Source: a virus
Taxonomy: Duplodnaviria > Caudoviricetes
DNA: 51,918 nt
Virus record (IMG/VR): IMGVR_UViG_3300044728_000198
Coordinates: 1 to 51,918 of that record
Reading direction: 5' to 3' (one strand)
Shown: piece after piece, positions 18,944 to 28,796 of the stretch
Numbering within the stretch: position 1 is the first letter of the stretch
Layout: every line of letters begins with the position of its first letter
The notes under the pieces: generated by a model
Seen by the model: the letters and a program-made list of their open reading frames with translations, nothing else
Told to the model about the DNA's origin: nothing
Database searches by the model: none
Made by a program: the position numbers and the translations under genes

Positions 18944-21418
18944 ATGTCGGGAACGGGTATTCCTCCAGGTGGTGGACCCATGGGTGTTCCTACCATGGGG
19001 CCGCCCGCCCCCGGCGGTGGGGTGGGAGCACCGTCCACGCCGCCGGGCGGTATGCCCATGGGCCCGCCGTCGGCCATGGACCCCGCCGCGATGATGGGCC
19101 TGCCGCCCACGATGCCCGGGCCCAGGCTCTATCAGGGCACCGAGGATATGACGACGCCGCCCATCATGGACGACGGCGGCACGGGCAAACTCATCAACCG
19201 TGACCCGCCCGAACCGGACGAGGGCCGTCGCAAACTGGTGGAACGCTGGCGGCAGCGCGTGCGCGCGGCCCGCACCCACTGGAAGCCAAGCTTCGACCGG
19301 ATGCGGGCGAACATGAACTTCGTCAACGGCGATCAGTGGGAAACCGAGACCCGCCGCCGCCGCCGCCACCGCCGCAACTCAGCCGACCGGGACGAGCGTT
19401 ACGTCGCCAACGTCGCCCTGCGGCATGTCCTTCAGCGGACGGCGGAACTCTATCCGAACAACCCCACGGTCAAGGCCAGGACGCGGCCCAAGATACTGGC
19501 GAAGACCTGGGACGGCACCGAACAGGCCCTTCAGCAGGCGATGGTCATCTCGCAGCAGGCGGTCCAGATGGGTATGCCGCCGCCCCCCGAGGCGCAGGGC
19601 ATCCTGACGGACGCCGCCACGGTCAAACAGTATGACAACCTCATGGAGCGCGTGGGCAAAACCCTCGAGCTTTTCTACGACTACAACATCGACGAGCAAA
19701 TACACTCGTTCAAATCCATGATGAAGATGACCACCCGGCGGTCCATCATCACGGCGGTGGGCTACGTGAAGCTGGGGTTCCAAAGGGCGATGAAGATGTC
19801 GCCCGCCATCGAGGCGCGGATCGCCGACATGTCCGAGCGGCTGGCCAACATCGAGCGGCTGTCCCAGGACCTCGCGGACGGCGAGATCGAACACGACAGC
19901 GCCGACGCCGAGGAACTGAGGCTGGCCATCCAGGCCCTGACCCAGGAACCCAAGCTGATCGTGCGGGAGGGTCTGTCCTTCGACTACCCGGACAGCACGG
20001 CGATCATCCCGGACAAGAAGTGCCGCACGCTCAAGGGGTTTTTGGGCACCGACTGGGTGGCCCAGGAATACATCCTGACCCCGGATGAAATCCAGGAAGT
20101 CTACGGCGTGGACGTGGGCAAGGGCTACGCGTCCTATGACGCCGACGGCAACGTGTCAGCGGAGACCGCGCCGCCCCGGCACTACGAGGCGGGCGGTCGT
20201 GAGCCGGATACCAAAACGGGAGACGCCTGCGTCTGGGAGATATACCACCGCAAGGATGGGCTGGTTTACGTGGTCTGCGACGGTTACGCCGACTTCCTGC
20301 AAGAGCCCGCCGTCCCGGACGTGGAGATCAGTCGTTTCTATCCATGGTTCGCCTTCGTCCTCAACGAAGGATACGACGAGGGTGTCGTGTTTCCGTCGTC
20401 GGACATCGACCTGCTGCGGGACATGCAACTGGAACTTAACCGTGCCCGGCAGGGACTTCGCGAACATCGCCGGGCGAACCGGCCCAAGACGGCGGTGGCG
20501 GCGGGTATCCTTGAAGAAGTCGACAAGGACAAACTTAAAACCCACCCGGCCAACGCGATCCTTGAACTGAACGCCCTGGCTCCAGGGCAGAAGATCGAAG
20601 ACGTGCTTCAGGTCATCAAAAACCCGCCCATAGACCCGGCGCTCTACGACACCGCGCCAGCGTTTGAGGACATGTTGCGGGTGCTGGGCAGCGATCAGGC
20701 GGATCAAGGGACAACCTCCGGGGCCACGGCGACCGAGGTCAGCGTAGCCCAGTTCAGCCAGCACACCGACACGTCCAGCGTCACCGACGACATGAACGAC
20801 ATGCTCTCGGACATGGCCCGGGCGGCGGGGGAGATATTACTCAAGAACGTCTCTCAGCAGGTTGTCCTGGAGGTCGTGGGGCCCGGGGCGATCTGGCCCG
20901 AACTGGACCGCGAGACCATCGCCAAGAACGTCTACCTGGAAGTGGACGCCGGGGCCGAGGGCCTGCCCAACAAGCAGCAGGAGGTCCAGAACATGGTCCA
21001 GTTGCTGCCCATCTTGCAGCGTATCCCCGGCATCTCCCCCGAGTGGATGGCCCGCGAACTCATCAAGCGCATGGGCGACGACATGGACCTGACCAACGCT
21101 TTCGCCGAGGGCGCGCCCAGTATCGAGGCGCTCAACCAGATCATGTCGCAGCCGCCCGCGCCCGCCGGACCCCCCGGCGAAGAGGGCGAACCCTCCGATG
21201 GCGCGGGTAAAGGGCCCCCGCGCCCGGCGGACCCAGCCGAGGACCCGAACGCGCAGAGCGCCCAGGGCCTGACCAACAGCGTCTCGGGCCCCGGGACCGG
21301 CGGGGCCATGGGCCCACGGGTGCCGCCCATGCAGGTATTTGGCCGCAACGGTAACCGCCCCGGGACCGGCGGTGCCATGCCCAGGATGCGTCCTGGTGGA
21401 GGACTTCCCACGCCATGA
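18944..21418 (+). CDS. Portal protein
   Basis: Position after terL, size, and motifs DMQLELNR and TATEV. Termini are Pro/Gly-rich and probably disordered. Confidence 0.85.
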   Translation: MSGTGIPPGGGPMGVPTMGPPAPGGGVGAPSTPPGGMPMGPPSAMDPAAMMGLPPTMPGPRLYQGTEDMTTPPIMDDGGTGKLINRDPPEPDEGRRKLVERWRQRVRAARTHWKPSFDRMRANMNFVNGDQWETETRRRRRHRRNSADRDERYVANVALRHVLQRTAELYPNNPTVKARTRPKILAKTWDGTEQALQQAMVISQQAVQMGMPPPPEAQGILTDAATVKQYDNLMERVGKTLELFYDYNIDEQIHSFKSMMKMTTRRSIITAVGYVKLGFQRAMKMSPAIEARIADMSERLANIERLSQDLADGEIEHDSADAEELRLAIQALTQEPKLIVREGLSFDYPDSTAIIPDKKCRTLKGFLGTDWVAQEYILTPDEIQEVYGVDVGKGYASYDADGNVSAETAPPRHYEAGGREPDTKTGDACVWEIYHRKDGLVYVVCDGYADFLQEPAVPDVEISRFYPWFAFVLNEGYDEGVVFPSSDIDLLRDMQLELNRARQGLREHRRANRPKTAVAAGILEEVDKDKLKTHPANAILELNALAPGQKIEDVLQVIKNPPIDPALYDTAPAFEDMLRVLGSDQADQGTTSGATATEVSVAQFSQHTDTSSVTDDMNDMLSDMARAAGEILLKNVSQQVVLEVVGPGAIWPELDRETIAKNVYLEVDAGAEGLPNKQQEVQNMVQLLPILQRIPGISPEWMARELIKRMGDDMDLTNAFAEGAPSIEALNQIMSQPPAPAGPPGEEGEPSDGAGKGPPRPADPAEDPNAQSAQGLTNSVSGPGTGGAMGPRVPPMQVFGRNGNRPGTGGAMPRMRPGGGLPTP

Positions 21419-21603
21419 TCGACCTTCTGATCTACCTACTCGTGCTTTGCCTGATCTTCGGGCTTATCTTCTGGGTTATCCGGCAAATCCCGCTTCCCGC
21501 GCCGTTCGCGAGCATCGCCATCGCCGTGATCGGCGTGATCTTTATCATCATCCTGTTGTCGATGCTGGTGGGCGGGGCCCCGCCCTTCCGGTTTATCCGC
21601 TAG
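21415..21603 (+). CDS. Small two-TM membrane protein (holin candidate)
   Basis: Two hydrophobic helices separated by IPLPAPF, with a basic C-terminus. GGAGG RBS and ATGA overlap with the portal. Confidence 0.7.
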   Translation: MIDLLIYLLVLCLIFGLIFWVIRQIPLPAPFASIAIAVIGVIFIIILLSMLVGGAPPFRFIR

Positions 21604-21919
21604 TCGCCAGACCACCTGGTAGCACCGCCAGACGTTCGCGCAGCAGGTAGCCCTCCAGGGCCCAGATTTTCTGCCGGGCGTTCTCTCGCGCGACCTTGCG
21701 GCCTATCGCCTCGTCGAAGTTCGTGGGGCTGGCGGCGGCGCTTTCGCCCGTGACCAGATAGCCGTTGCGCAGTTTGAGCGCGCAGACCGTCATCGTCGTT
21801 CCGGGGAAGACATAATAGTCTTCGCCCACGATGGTATCGTCGATGTGTTTGGGGTTGAGGCGGGGAGCGTTCAGGCCCTTGGCCTGGATTTCAGCCTCGA
21901 TCTTGTCCTCGTCGTGCAT
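21593..21919 (-). CDS. Phage Gp49/Gp66-family protein (candidate Acb4-like nucleotide sponge)
   Basis: Motifs APRL, TVCALKLRNGYLVTGESAAASPTNFDEAIG and KIWALEGYLL. GAGAGG RBS. Confidence 0.85.
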   Translation of the reverse strand: MHDEDKIEAEIQAKGLNAPRLNPKHIDDTIVGEDYYVFPGTTMTVCALKLRNGYLVTGESAAASPTNFDEAIGRKVARENARQKIWALEGYLLRERLAVLPGGLATSG

Positions 21920-22024
21920 GTGTTTTTCCTCTCATGGGCGTGCAGACCTGGGCTGTATGCCCTGGACAAGGGCCCAGGTCCAGGGCCATAACGGGGACGT
22001 TTTCAGCCCAGGATACCAACCATA

Positions 22025-23113
22025 GTGGCCGAGTTCGACTTCGACAGCGGACCCGCGACCCAGGACGCACCCCCGGCGGACCCGTCCCCCGTCACTGAAA
22101 ACACGCCCTCCCAGACAGACACTTCGCCCTCGTCAGGCACCGACGCGCCAGCGGAACCGTCAACCGCCACCCCACTATCCGAACGCGAGGGCCTGCTTCA
22201 GGCGGTCCGCGCGGTGGTCAACGTCCAGGAAACGCCCGCCATACCCGACGAGGGACAGGCCGCGACACAGGGACAAGACACGGATACGGCTGGGACCGCC
22301 GGGCAAACGCCCGGGCCCACGGAAACGAACACCGAACTGCCCGACCCCACGGAAGCCGATCTTAGGAAACTAAGACCGGAGACCAAGCGACGGTTCGAGC
22401 AACTTCTCAGTCAGCGCGATGACGCGCGGCGATCCCTGGAAGCGTTGCGGCCCGATCTCGAGCAGCACGCGCAGCTTCAGGGCTACCTGCGCCAGCACCA
22501 GTTGGCACCCGACGACGTGAACATGCTCTTGGGCGTGGGCGCGGCGTTACGGCGCGGCGATTATCAGGCGTTCCTCAACGGTGTCATGCCCTATGTGCAG
22601 GCCGCCGAAGAAGCCGTCGGACGCCGTTTCTCGCCGGACCTGCAACAACAGGTGGACGACGGGCTGATAACGGAAGAGACGGCGCGTGATCTGACCCAAA
22701 CGCGGTTTCGAGCGGCGCAGGCCGAGTCGAGGCTGCAAGAGGTTCACACCACGCGCACCCAGGAGGACCAGGGCCGCGCCCTGGCCGAGGTCCGCACGGC
22801 GGTCGAGAACTGGGAAAACGGTGTTCGTGGACGAGACCCGGACTATGCCCTGAAAGCCGATACGATCCGGCGCGTCTCGCAGGCTTTGCTCCAGGAACGG
22901 GGGGCTCCACGGAACCCCCAGGAAGCCCTGACGCTGGTCAACGACGCGTATATCGAGGCCACGAACACGCTGACGCGGATACGACCCCCGCCGAGGCCGA
23001 CGCGCATGGCTCCGTCGGGTCTGAACGGCTCATCTCACGGTGCCGCCCCCGAGCCCACGACCATGAAAGAAGCCGTGCTTCTGGCCGTGCAAAACATGAG
23101 GCGCGCGTCGTGA
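22025..23113 (+). CDS. Capsid scaffolding protein
   Basis: Acidic disordered N-terminus, RRFEQL and a helical body. Lies between portal and capsid. Confidence 0.75.
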   Translation: MAEFDFDSGPATQDAPPADPSPVTENTPSQTDTSPSSGTDAPAEPSTATPLSEREGLLQAVRAVVNVQETPAIPDEGQAATQGQDTDTAGTAGQTPGPTETNTELPDPTEADLRKLRPETKRRFEQLLSQRDDARRSLEALRPDLEQHAQLQGYLRQHQLAPDDVNMLLGVGAALRRGDYQAFLNGVMPYVQAAEEAVGRRFSPDLQQQVDDGLITEETARDLTQTRFRAAQAESRLQEVHTTRTQEDQGRALAEVRTAVENWENGVRGRDPDYALKADTIRRVSQALLQERGAPRNPQEALTLVNDAYIEATNTLTRIRPPPRPTRMAPSGLNGSSHGAAPEPTTMKEAVLLAVQNMRRAS

Positions 23114-23135
23114 TCGTTCAGGATCACAACCAAGG

Positions 23136-24218
23136 ATGGCTTTCACAGCAGGCGAACTGGCGAACATCGCCAACGCGGCGTTAGACTTTTACTACAACAA
23201 GGGAGACACCTTCAAACAGGCGATCCAGGCGAAACCCATGCTCAAGTGGGCCGAGTCGAGCGCCAAGAGTTTCCCCGGCGGCAAGGGCAACATCTCCCTC
23301 GCGGTCAAGGGTGATTACGGCGCGGGCGGGGTCAACGATCATATCGTCGGGTATACGCACAACGATACGGTCTCGTTCTATACCCCGGCCAACATCAAGC
23401 GGGTCAACTACCCGTGGCGCGAGCATCATATCGGGCTCACACTGACGCATACCGAACTGAAGATCGACGGGATCAGCATCACCGACGACGCCGGTAACGG
23501 TTCGGATATGTCCAACCACAGCGACCGCGAGGTCACCGTCCTGGTCAACCTGCTTCAGGACAAGCTGGAGGACTTTGGCGAACAGTATGCCCGTAACATG
23601 AACACCCTTTTGTGGGGCGACGGTGTCGCCGATCCGAAGGCGCTCGCGGGGATGCAGAGCATCATCCTGGACAGCCCGGCGACGGGCACGACGGGGGGTC
23701 TCGCGCGGACCAACACATGGTGGCGGAACCGGGCGGCGACGGCGGCGTTCGGTGCCGCCGGGGGCAGGGGCGCGATCACATCCAACGTCGCCAACGGCGG
23801 CGCGCTGATCGAGTTCTTGCAGCAAGAGTGGCGGCAGTTGATCCGTTACGGCGGCAAACCCACCAAGGCACTCGCCGGGTCCGACTTCATCGCGGCCCTG
23901 GAGATCGAGTTCCGCGCCAACGGTAACTACACGATGACCGGGTTCACCTCGACGCAGGATACCGCGATGGGGCAACTGAAACTCCCGGGCGGGACCATCA
24001 TCGAGTACGACCCCACGCTGGACGACATGGGCAAAAACAAGCGCATGTACTGGTGGGACCCGAGGCATATTTACTTAATGAAGATGGACGGCGAGTGGGA
24101 CCACCGGTTCACCCCGGCGCGGCCCTACAACACCTTCGTCATGTATAAATCGCTGACGCATACTGGTCAGATGTGCGCCCAGCAACTTAACAGTTCTGGC
24201 GTCTACGATATCGCCTGA
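23136..24218 (+). CDS. Major capsid protein
   Basis: 360 aa, follows the scaffold, LWGDG..ALAG motif, strongly biased codons and a downstream hairpin. Confidence 0.85.
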   Translation: MAFTAGELANIANAALDFYYNKGDTFKQAIQAKPMLKWAESSAKSFPGGKGNISLAVKGDYGAGGVNDHIVGYTHNDTVSFYTPANIKRVNYPWREHHIGLTLTHTELKIDGISITDDAGNGSDMSNHSDREVTVLVNLLQDKLEDFGEQYARNMNTLLWGDGVADPKALAGMQSIILDSPATGTTGGLARTNTWWRNRAATAAFGAAGGRGAITSNVANGGALIEFLQQEWRQLIRYGGKPTKALAGSDFIAALEIEFRANGNYTMTGFTSTQDTAMGQLKLPGGTIIEYDPTLDDMGKNKRMYWWDPRHIYLMKMDGEWDHRFTPARPYNTFVMYKSLTHTGQMCAQQLNSSGVYDIA

Positions 24219-24229
24219 CCCCAACGGTG

Positions 24230-24254
24230 GACGGTCCTCCGGTGGGGGACCGTC
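24230..24254 (+). terminator. Hairpin after major capsid gene (terminator or mRNA-stabilising)
   Basis: GACGGTCCTCC-ggt-GGGGGACCGTC forms an 11-bp stem with one G-U pair. The T tail is weak. Confidence 0.55.
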
Positions 24255-24275
24255 TTCCAACCAAAGGGGCTACCC

Positions 24276-24989
24276 ATGCTTTTCCAACTGCTGAGATGCT
24301 CTGTCGCGCTCGCGGGTGACAACGATCAGGTCATCGTCCGTCACCGGGGCAACCCCATCGTGTTCCCGGAACTGATCCTGCTTCAGTTCCTGCACGGCGA
24401 AGAAGCGATTACCGACGTGCACGTCGTGGGGCACTGGGACACCACCCAGGCCGAGGTCCGCCAGCGGCTGACCCAGATTTATGGGCCCAAATATTTCGGC
24501 GAAGTGTTCACGGGCGCGCAGCCCAGACTGCCCCTTTCCGATCCCACCCTGCCCTTGTGCCGCCTGCCCATCCACGTTCCCGGGCCAACCAGGGCCGACA
24601 GCCCCGACCCGATCATCAAACCCCTGGACCAGTTCACCATGGCGGACCCGAACGCGCCGCGCGTGGTGTCGAACTACCGGGATGAACCTCTCCCGCCGGA
24701 CGATGTGACCCTCGACGCCCTGGCCGGGCATGGTGCCGACGACGACGAGATCATGGAGGGCAGCGACCCCCTGGGGCTGGCCGATGTCCTGACCCAGGTC
24801 AACCTGCCCAGCGCGACGGCTCACCTGGACCCGGCGGCGTCTCGCTCCCGGGATAACCACCATGGCCGGGGCACGTCCGCGCCCAGGACCGCCGACCATC
24901 TGCCCGACGTGGCGCAGGCCACGCTGAAGGAACAGACCGAGCGGAACATGCGCACGCGGCAACGCGACAAGGCAACCGCCGATGGGTAA
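24276..24989 (+). CDS. Hypothetical virion-module protein
   Basis: In-operon ORF with AAGGGG RBS. It overlaps the next gene. Confidence 0.75.
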   Translation: MLFQLLRCSVALAGDNDQVIVRHRGNPIVFPELILLQFLHGEEAITDVHVVGHWDTTQAEVRQRLTQIYGPKYFGEVFTGAQPRLPLSDPTLPLCRLPIHVPGPTRADSPDPIIKPLDQFTMADPNAPRVVSNYRDEPLPPDDVTLDALAGHGADDDEIMEGSDPLGLADVLTQVNLPSATAHLDPAASRSRDNHHGRGTSAPRTADHLPDVAQATLKEQTERNMRTRQRDKATADG

Positions 24990-25725
24990 GCAACTCCGGG
25001 ACATGCTGACCGATCTCCGCGCGGAGATCGGTCACTCGACCAACGTGGCGCATGGCATCAACGACCGTGACACGTTGCTCTACTATCTCAACCGCACCCA
25101 GCTTGATCTTTACCGGGACTACGACTGGCCGCAGCTTATCGTGGACCGCGACACCACGATGGTTCAGGGCCAGCGGTATTACACATACCCGCCGGGGCTG
25201 GGTTTCGAGGACATCTCGAAACTCTGGCTGATCTCCAACTCCAACATGTGGATTTCCAACGTCACCTACGGGATCGGCCCCCGGGAGATGCGTCTGTATG
25301 ACAGCGCGGCGGGGGACCAGTCGTGGCCCCCCAGACGCTGGATGCACAACGCCGACTCGGGCATGTTCGAGGTCTGGCCGGTGCCCGACGCGACCACCAC
25401 GGACCACCAGGGCAAACTCAGGATGCGCGGCACCCTGGAGGTCAAGCCGATGATCCAGGACAGCGATCAGGCGACCTTGCCCGACCACCTGATCGTCATG
25501 TTTTGCGCCGCCGAACTGCTGGCTCGAGACGACGCCAAGGACGCCGGGCTCAAACTTCAGAAGGCCAACGAAATCCTGCGGCGGCACCGGGTCCGCCAGT
25601 TTTCCCATAAGCGCGAACCCTTCGTCATGGGCGGCGGCGGCGGCGATGCGCGGGCACCCATGGGCGAGTTCGACACCGGGGTGGCGGGCCTCGACTACAT
25701 CCCGCCGGGTTACGGCTCTGGCTGA
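24982..25725 (+). CDS. Head-tail adaptor / tail tubular protein A
   Basis: Motifs YDWPQL, GQRYYTYP and EVWPVPD, in the expected position. Confidence 0.75.
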   Translation: MGKQLRDMLTDLRAEIGHSTNVAHGINDRDTLLYYLNRTQLDLYRDYDWPQLIVDRDTTMVQGQRYYTYPPGLGFEDISKLWLISNSNMWISNVTYGIGPREMRLYDSAAGDQSWPPRRWMHNADSGMFEVWPVPDATTTDHQGKLRMRGTLEVKPMIQDSDQATLPDHLIVMFCAAELLARDDAKDAGLKLQKANEILRRHRVRQFSHKREPFVMGGGGGDARAPMGEFDTGVAGLDYIPPGYGSG

Positions 25726-25841
25726 TGGCGACCAGCGTCGAACAACGCGCGCATAACCAGCGGATCGAAGCTCTCTGGCGCGAGGGCAAGATCACCTGGG
25801 GAGCGTTTGACTGGTGGCTGCGCCACATCTGTGGGGTGTGA
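25725..25841 (+). CDS. 38-aa small ORF (below track cut-off)
   Basis: MATSVEQRAHNQRIEALWREGKITWGAFDWWLRHICGV. TGATG overlap with the upstream stop, ending 3 nt before the next start. Confidence 0.5.
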   Translation: MATSVEQRAHNQRIEALWREGKITWGAFDWWLRHICGV

Positions 25842-25844
25842 GGC

Positions 25845-27260
25845 GTGGCGAAAGTCTTCAGTGTCCATGACTTCAAGGAGGGCCTGGATGTCCGCAAGTC
25901 GGCGCTGACCGCGCCGGGCGGCTCGCTGCGCATCCTCGACAACGCGCTCATCACCCAGGGCGGCGAGGTCGCCAAGCGGCAGGCGTTCGTGTTCATGACC
26001 ACCCTGCCCGCCGAGGCGTCCTACATATTCGGTCAGGGCAACACGCTGCACATCTTCGGTGTGGGCCTCACCGCCGGGAGCGTGGGCAGTCTCATCGTGC
26101 CCGTCGTCTGGCATAACCTGCCTTATCCGGCGGGGGCCACGGGCGCGGTGGTCGTGTATGACGTGGAGGCTTTCGATAACGGGTTCTACGTCACGGGCCG
26201 GGACACTGTTGGGCAGAGTTTTATTTGGTGGAACAACGTGATCGTCCTGGAGGTAGGCGGCGGGCAGAGCCGGGGCACTTACGCGCGCACTTATAAAACC
26301 AAGATGTATCGCACCGACGGGCGTTACCTTCGTTTCTCGGGCGTCAACGCGCCGTCGCAAAACGACCCGGCGAACGCCACCAACCCCGGCGCGGGGTTCA
26401 TCAACCTCGCCATCCATGATCCCGACGGCGAAAACCTTGTCGCCATGGAAGTGTTTTACGATCAGGTCGCGATCTTCGCCCGGCTGATGACCCAGTTGTG
26501 GGTGCTGGACCCGGACCCGACCAAGGACGCCCTGCGACAGGTCATCCGCGTGGGCACCATGGCCGAGCATAGCGTGGCGCAGTTCGGCACCGGGGATATC
26601 CTGTTCTTCTCCGACAGCGGGGTGCGCAGCCTGCGGTCGCAGACCGTGACCATCACGGCGGCGGTTTCCGACGTGGGGTCCGCCATCGACCCGATCCTGA
26701 CCACGCTGATCCGCACCAACCTGAACGACTGCATCAACGCCCAGGCCGTCGTCCAGCCCATCGCCGGGCGCTACTGGCTTTCGGTGGGCGATAAAATCTT
26801 CGTCCTGAGTTTCTTCCCGGCGGGCAAGATCACCGCCTGGAGCCGGTTCCTCCCGGGCTTCGTGGTGGAAGAGTTCGCCACGGTGCTGAACCAGATTTAC
26901 TGCCGGGACGCGAACAACAACGTCTGGCTCTACGGCGGCAACGACGGCATCACCTTCGACAGTTCCAGGGTCACGGTCCGCACGCCGCACCACGACATCG
27001 AAAACCCCACCCAGCGCAAGCGCATCCAGAGCGTGGATGTCATGTGCCAGGGCCAGTGGAAGCTGCGCATGGGCATGTTACCCAACAACACCGACGCGTT
27101 CGAGGACGTGGCGACGGTTCAGGATAATACCTTCGGCCTTCAGACCATCCCCTTCGCCGGGTATGGCACCCACGTGGGCCTGGAACTGGTCCACGAGGCC
27201 CCCGGCCCGGCGCTTCTGGCGGGCGTGCACCTGCGCATCGACGAAGGATCGACCAAGTGA
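25845..27260 (+). CDS. Tail tubular protein B / nozzle
   Basis: N-terminal DFKEGLD..LRILDNALITQGGEVAKR, beta-propeller-like composition and AWSRF. Confidence 0.8.
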   Translation: MAKVFSVHDFKEGLDVRKSALTAPGGSLRILDNALITQGGEVAKRQAFVFMTTLPAEASYIFGQGNTLHIFGVGLTAGSVGSLIVPVVWHNLPYPAGATGAVVVYDVEAFDNGFYVTGRDTVGQSFIWWNNVIVLEVGGGQSRGTYARTYKTKMYRTDGRYLRFSGVNAPSQNDPANATNPGAGFINLAIHDPDGENLVAMEVFYDQVAIFARLMTQLWVLDPDPTKDALRQVIRVGTMAEHSVAQFGTGDILFFSDSGVRSLRSQTVTITAAVSDVGSAIDPILTTLIRTNLNDCINAQAVVQPIAGRYWLSVGDKIFVLSFFPAGKITAWSRFLPGFVVEEFATVLNQIYCRDANNNVWLYGGNDGITFDSSRVTVRTPHHDIENPTQRKRIQSVDVMCQGQWKLRMGMLPNNTDAFEDVATVQDNTFGLQTIPFAGYGTHVGLELVHEAPGPALLAGVHLRIDEGSTK

Positions 27261-27826
27261 ACGTCATGCGGGAAGTGCCCGCCGTCACGCACGAACCGCC
27301 AACCTGGGCGGCGATGAACTACATCCTGCACAACCTGCGGCCCCGGGACCACCAGGAGATCATGGGGCTGCGCTGGAACGATGACATCAACCACCTGTGC
27401 GAAGAGTTCATGGAGGCCATCAAGGCCAACCCATACTGGCGGGTTTATCATTACTACGGCGAACCGGTGGCGGTGGTGGGCTACGGGTTTCAGCGCCCGG
27501 GCGTCATGACCGTGGGCGCGTTCGGGACCTCGGCGTGGCCCATCGTGGCCCGTGTCCTCACCCGCGACAGCTACCGCGAACTGATCCCCGGCATGATCGA
27601 GGCCGGGATGCACCGGGCCGAGAGTTACGTGCTGGCCGAACACCACGACACCATCGCGTGGATCAAGGTCCTGGGCGGTAAGTTCGAGACCACGCTGCAC
27701 CAGTATGGCCGGAACCGTGAGGACTACGTTCTCATGACGTGGCTGCGCGACGACGTGCTGCGAACCAGACCGGGCCTGATGGAACGGGCCAAAGCCAGAT
27801 ATGGAGGGCCGGGACGTGTGTCTTAA
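27257..27826 (+). CDS. GNAT-like protein (T7 gp13-like)
   Basis: NLRPRDHQEI and IAWIKVLGGKFE motifs. Follows the nozzle gene. Confidence 0.65.
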   Translation: MNVMREVPAVTHEPPTWAAMNYILHNLRPRDHQEIMGLRWNDDINHLCEEFMEAIKANPYWRVYHYYGEPVAVVGYGFQRPGVMTVGAFGTSAWPIVARVLTRDSYRELIPGMIEAGMHRAESYVLAEHHDTIAWIKVLGGKFETTLHQYGRNREDYVLMTWLRDDVLRTRPGLMERAKARYGGPGRVS

Positions 27827-28787
27827 ACTGTTTGGTGGTGGCGGTGGCGGGGGCGGCGGACCCCGGATGATCTGGGTCATGAAGGCGGATGGAAATCCGG
27901 TGTATGTCGAGGCGGGCATCCCCCAGGAGTATATCAACAAAGGGTCCACGACGGTCGCTCAGTGGCAAAGCACGGCCAGCAGGGAACTCGCGGACAAGAC
28001 TTCCGCCCAGAACCAGCAAATCGCCGACCGGGCCTACGAGTCCAACCAGAAAGAGATCGCCGACGCCAAGGACCTACGCGAAAAACTACAGGCCAAGGCG
28101 GACGCCCAGACCGCGCGTCAGGACACTTATGACAAGGGCCGCGCCGAGTTGTTGGCCAAGGGCACGTCGGACATCAACACCGCGTTCGGCAAGTTCAGTC
28201 CCGAGTTCTTCAAACAATACGCCACCGACTATCTCACCAAGGCCACCGACGATATCAACTATCAGGCGGGGATCGCCGATAAGAACCTGAAGTTTGGGCT
28301 GGCCCGGCAGGGTCTCGGCGCGTCTTCGGCGGGCGTGGAGCAAAGCGGGCTTCTCGAAGAGAAAAAAGGCCGCGCCGTGGCGGAACAGACCCAGAACTCG
28401 CAGGACGCCACCGACACCTTCAAGGGCCGGGTGGTCGACACCAAGAACCGGCTTATCGGCGGGGTCCAGGCCGCCGAGAGCCTCGCGCCGCCCATCGCCG
28501 GGTCCACCGATGAGGCCGTGGGATCGGCTTTGAACACGACGAAGACGGGGATATCGGGGATAACTTCCTCGGCGGGCGACACCGTCGCTTCCCTGGGCGG
28601 CGTGCCCACGGTGCAGCCTCTGGCGAACATCTTCTCGGGCATCCTTGGGGGTGTGGGCAGCTACATCCAGGGCAACGACGCGTCCTACAACAGCTACCTG
28701 TTCAACAAGGGCGTCACGAACGCGACGGGCGGCACCAGTCCGTCGGGCGGCACGTCACCCAGTGCGACCGTCTCCAACGTGAAATAG
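27816..28787 (+). CDS. Putative internal virion/ejection protein
   Basis: GGAGGG before GTG 27816 gives MCLKLFGGGG. Helical, with LARQGLGASS and a Gly-rich hydrophobic C-terminal patch. Confidence 0.65.
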   Translation: MCLKLFGGGGGGGGGPRMIWVMKADGNPVYVEAGIPQEYINKGSTTVAQWQSTASRELADKTSAQNQQIADRAYESNQKEIADAKDLREKLQAKADAQTARQDTYDKGRAELLAKGTSDINTAFGKFSPEFFKQYATDYLTKATDDINYQAGIADKNLKFGLARQGLGASSAGVEQSGLLEEKKGRAVAEQTQNSQDATDTFKGRVVDTKNRLIGGVQAAESLAPPIAGSTDEAVGSALNTTKTGISGITSSAGDTVASLGGVPTVQPLANIFSGILGGVGSYIQGNDASYNSYLFNKGVTNATGGTSPSGGTSPSATVSNVK

Positions 28788-28796
28788 GCCAAACAC

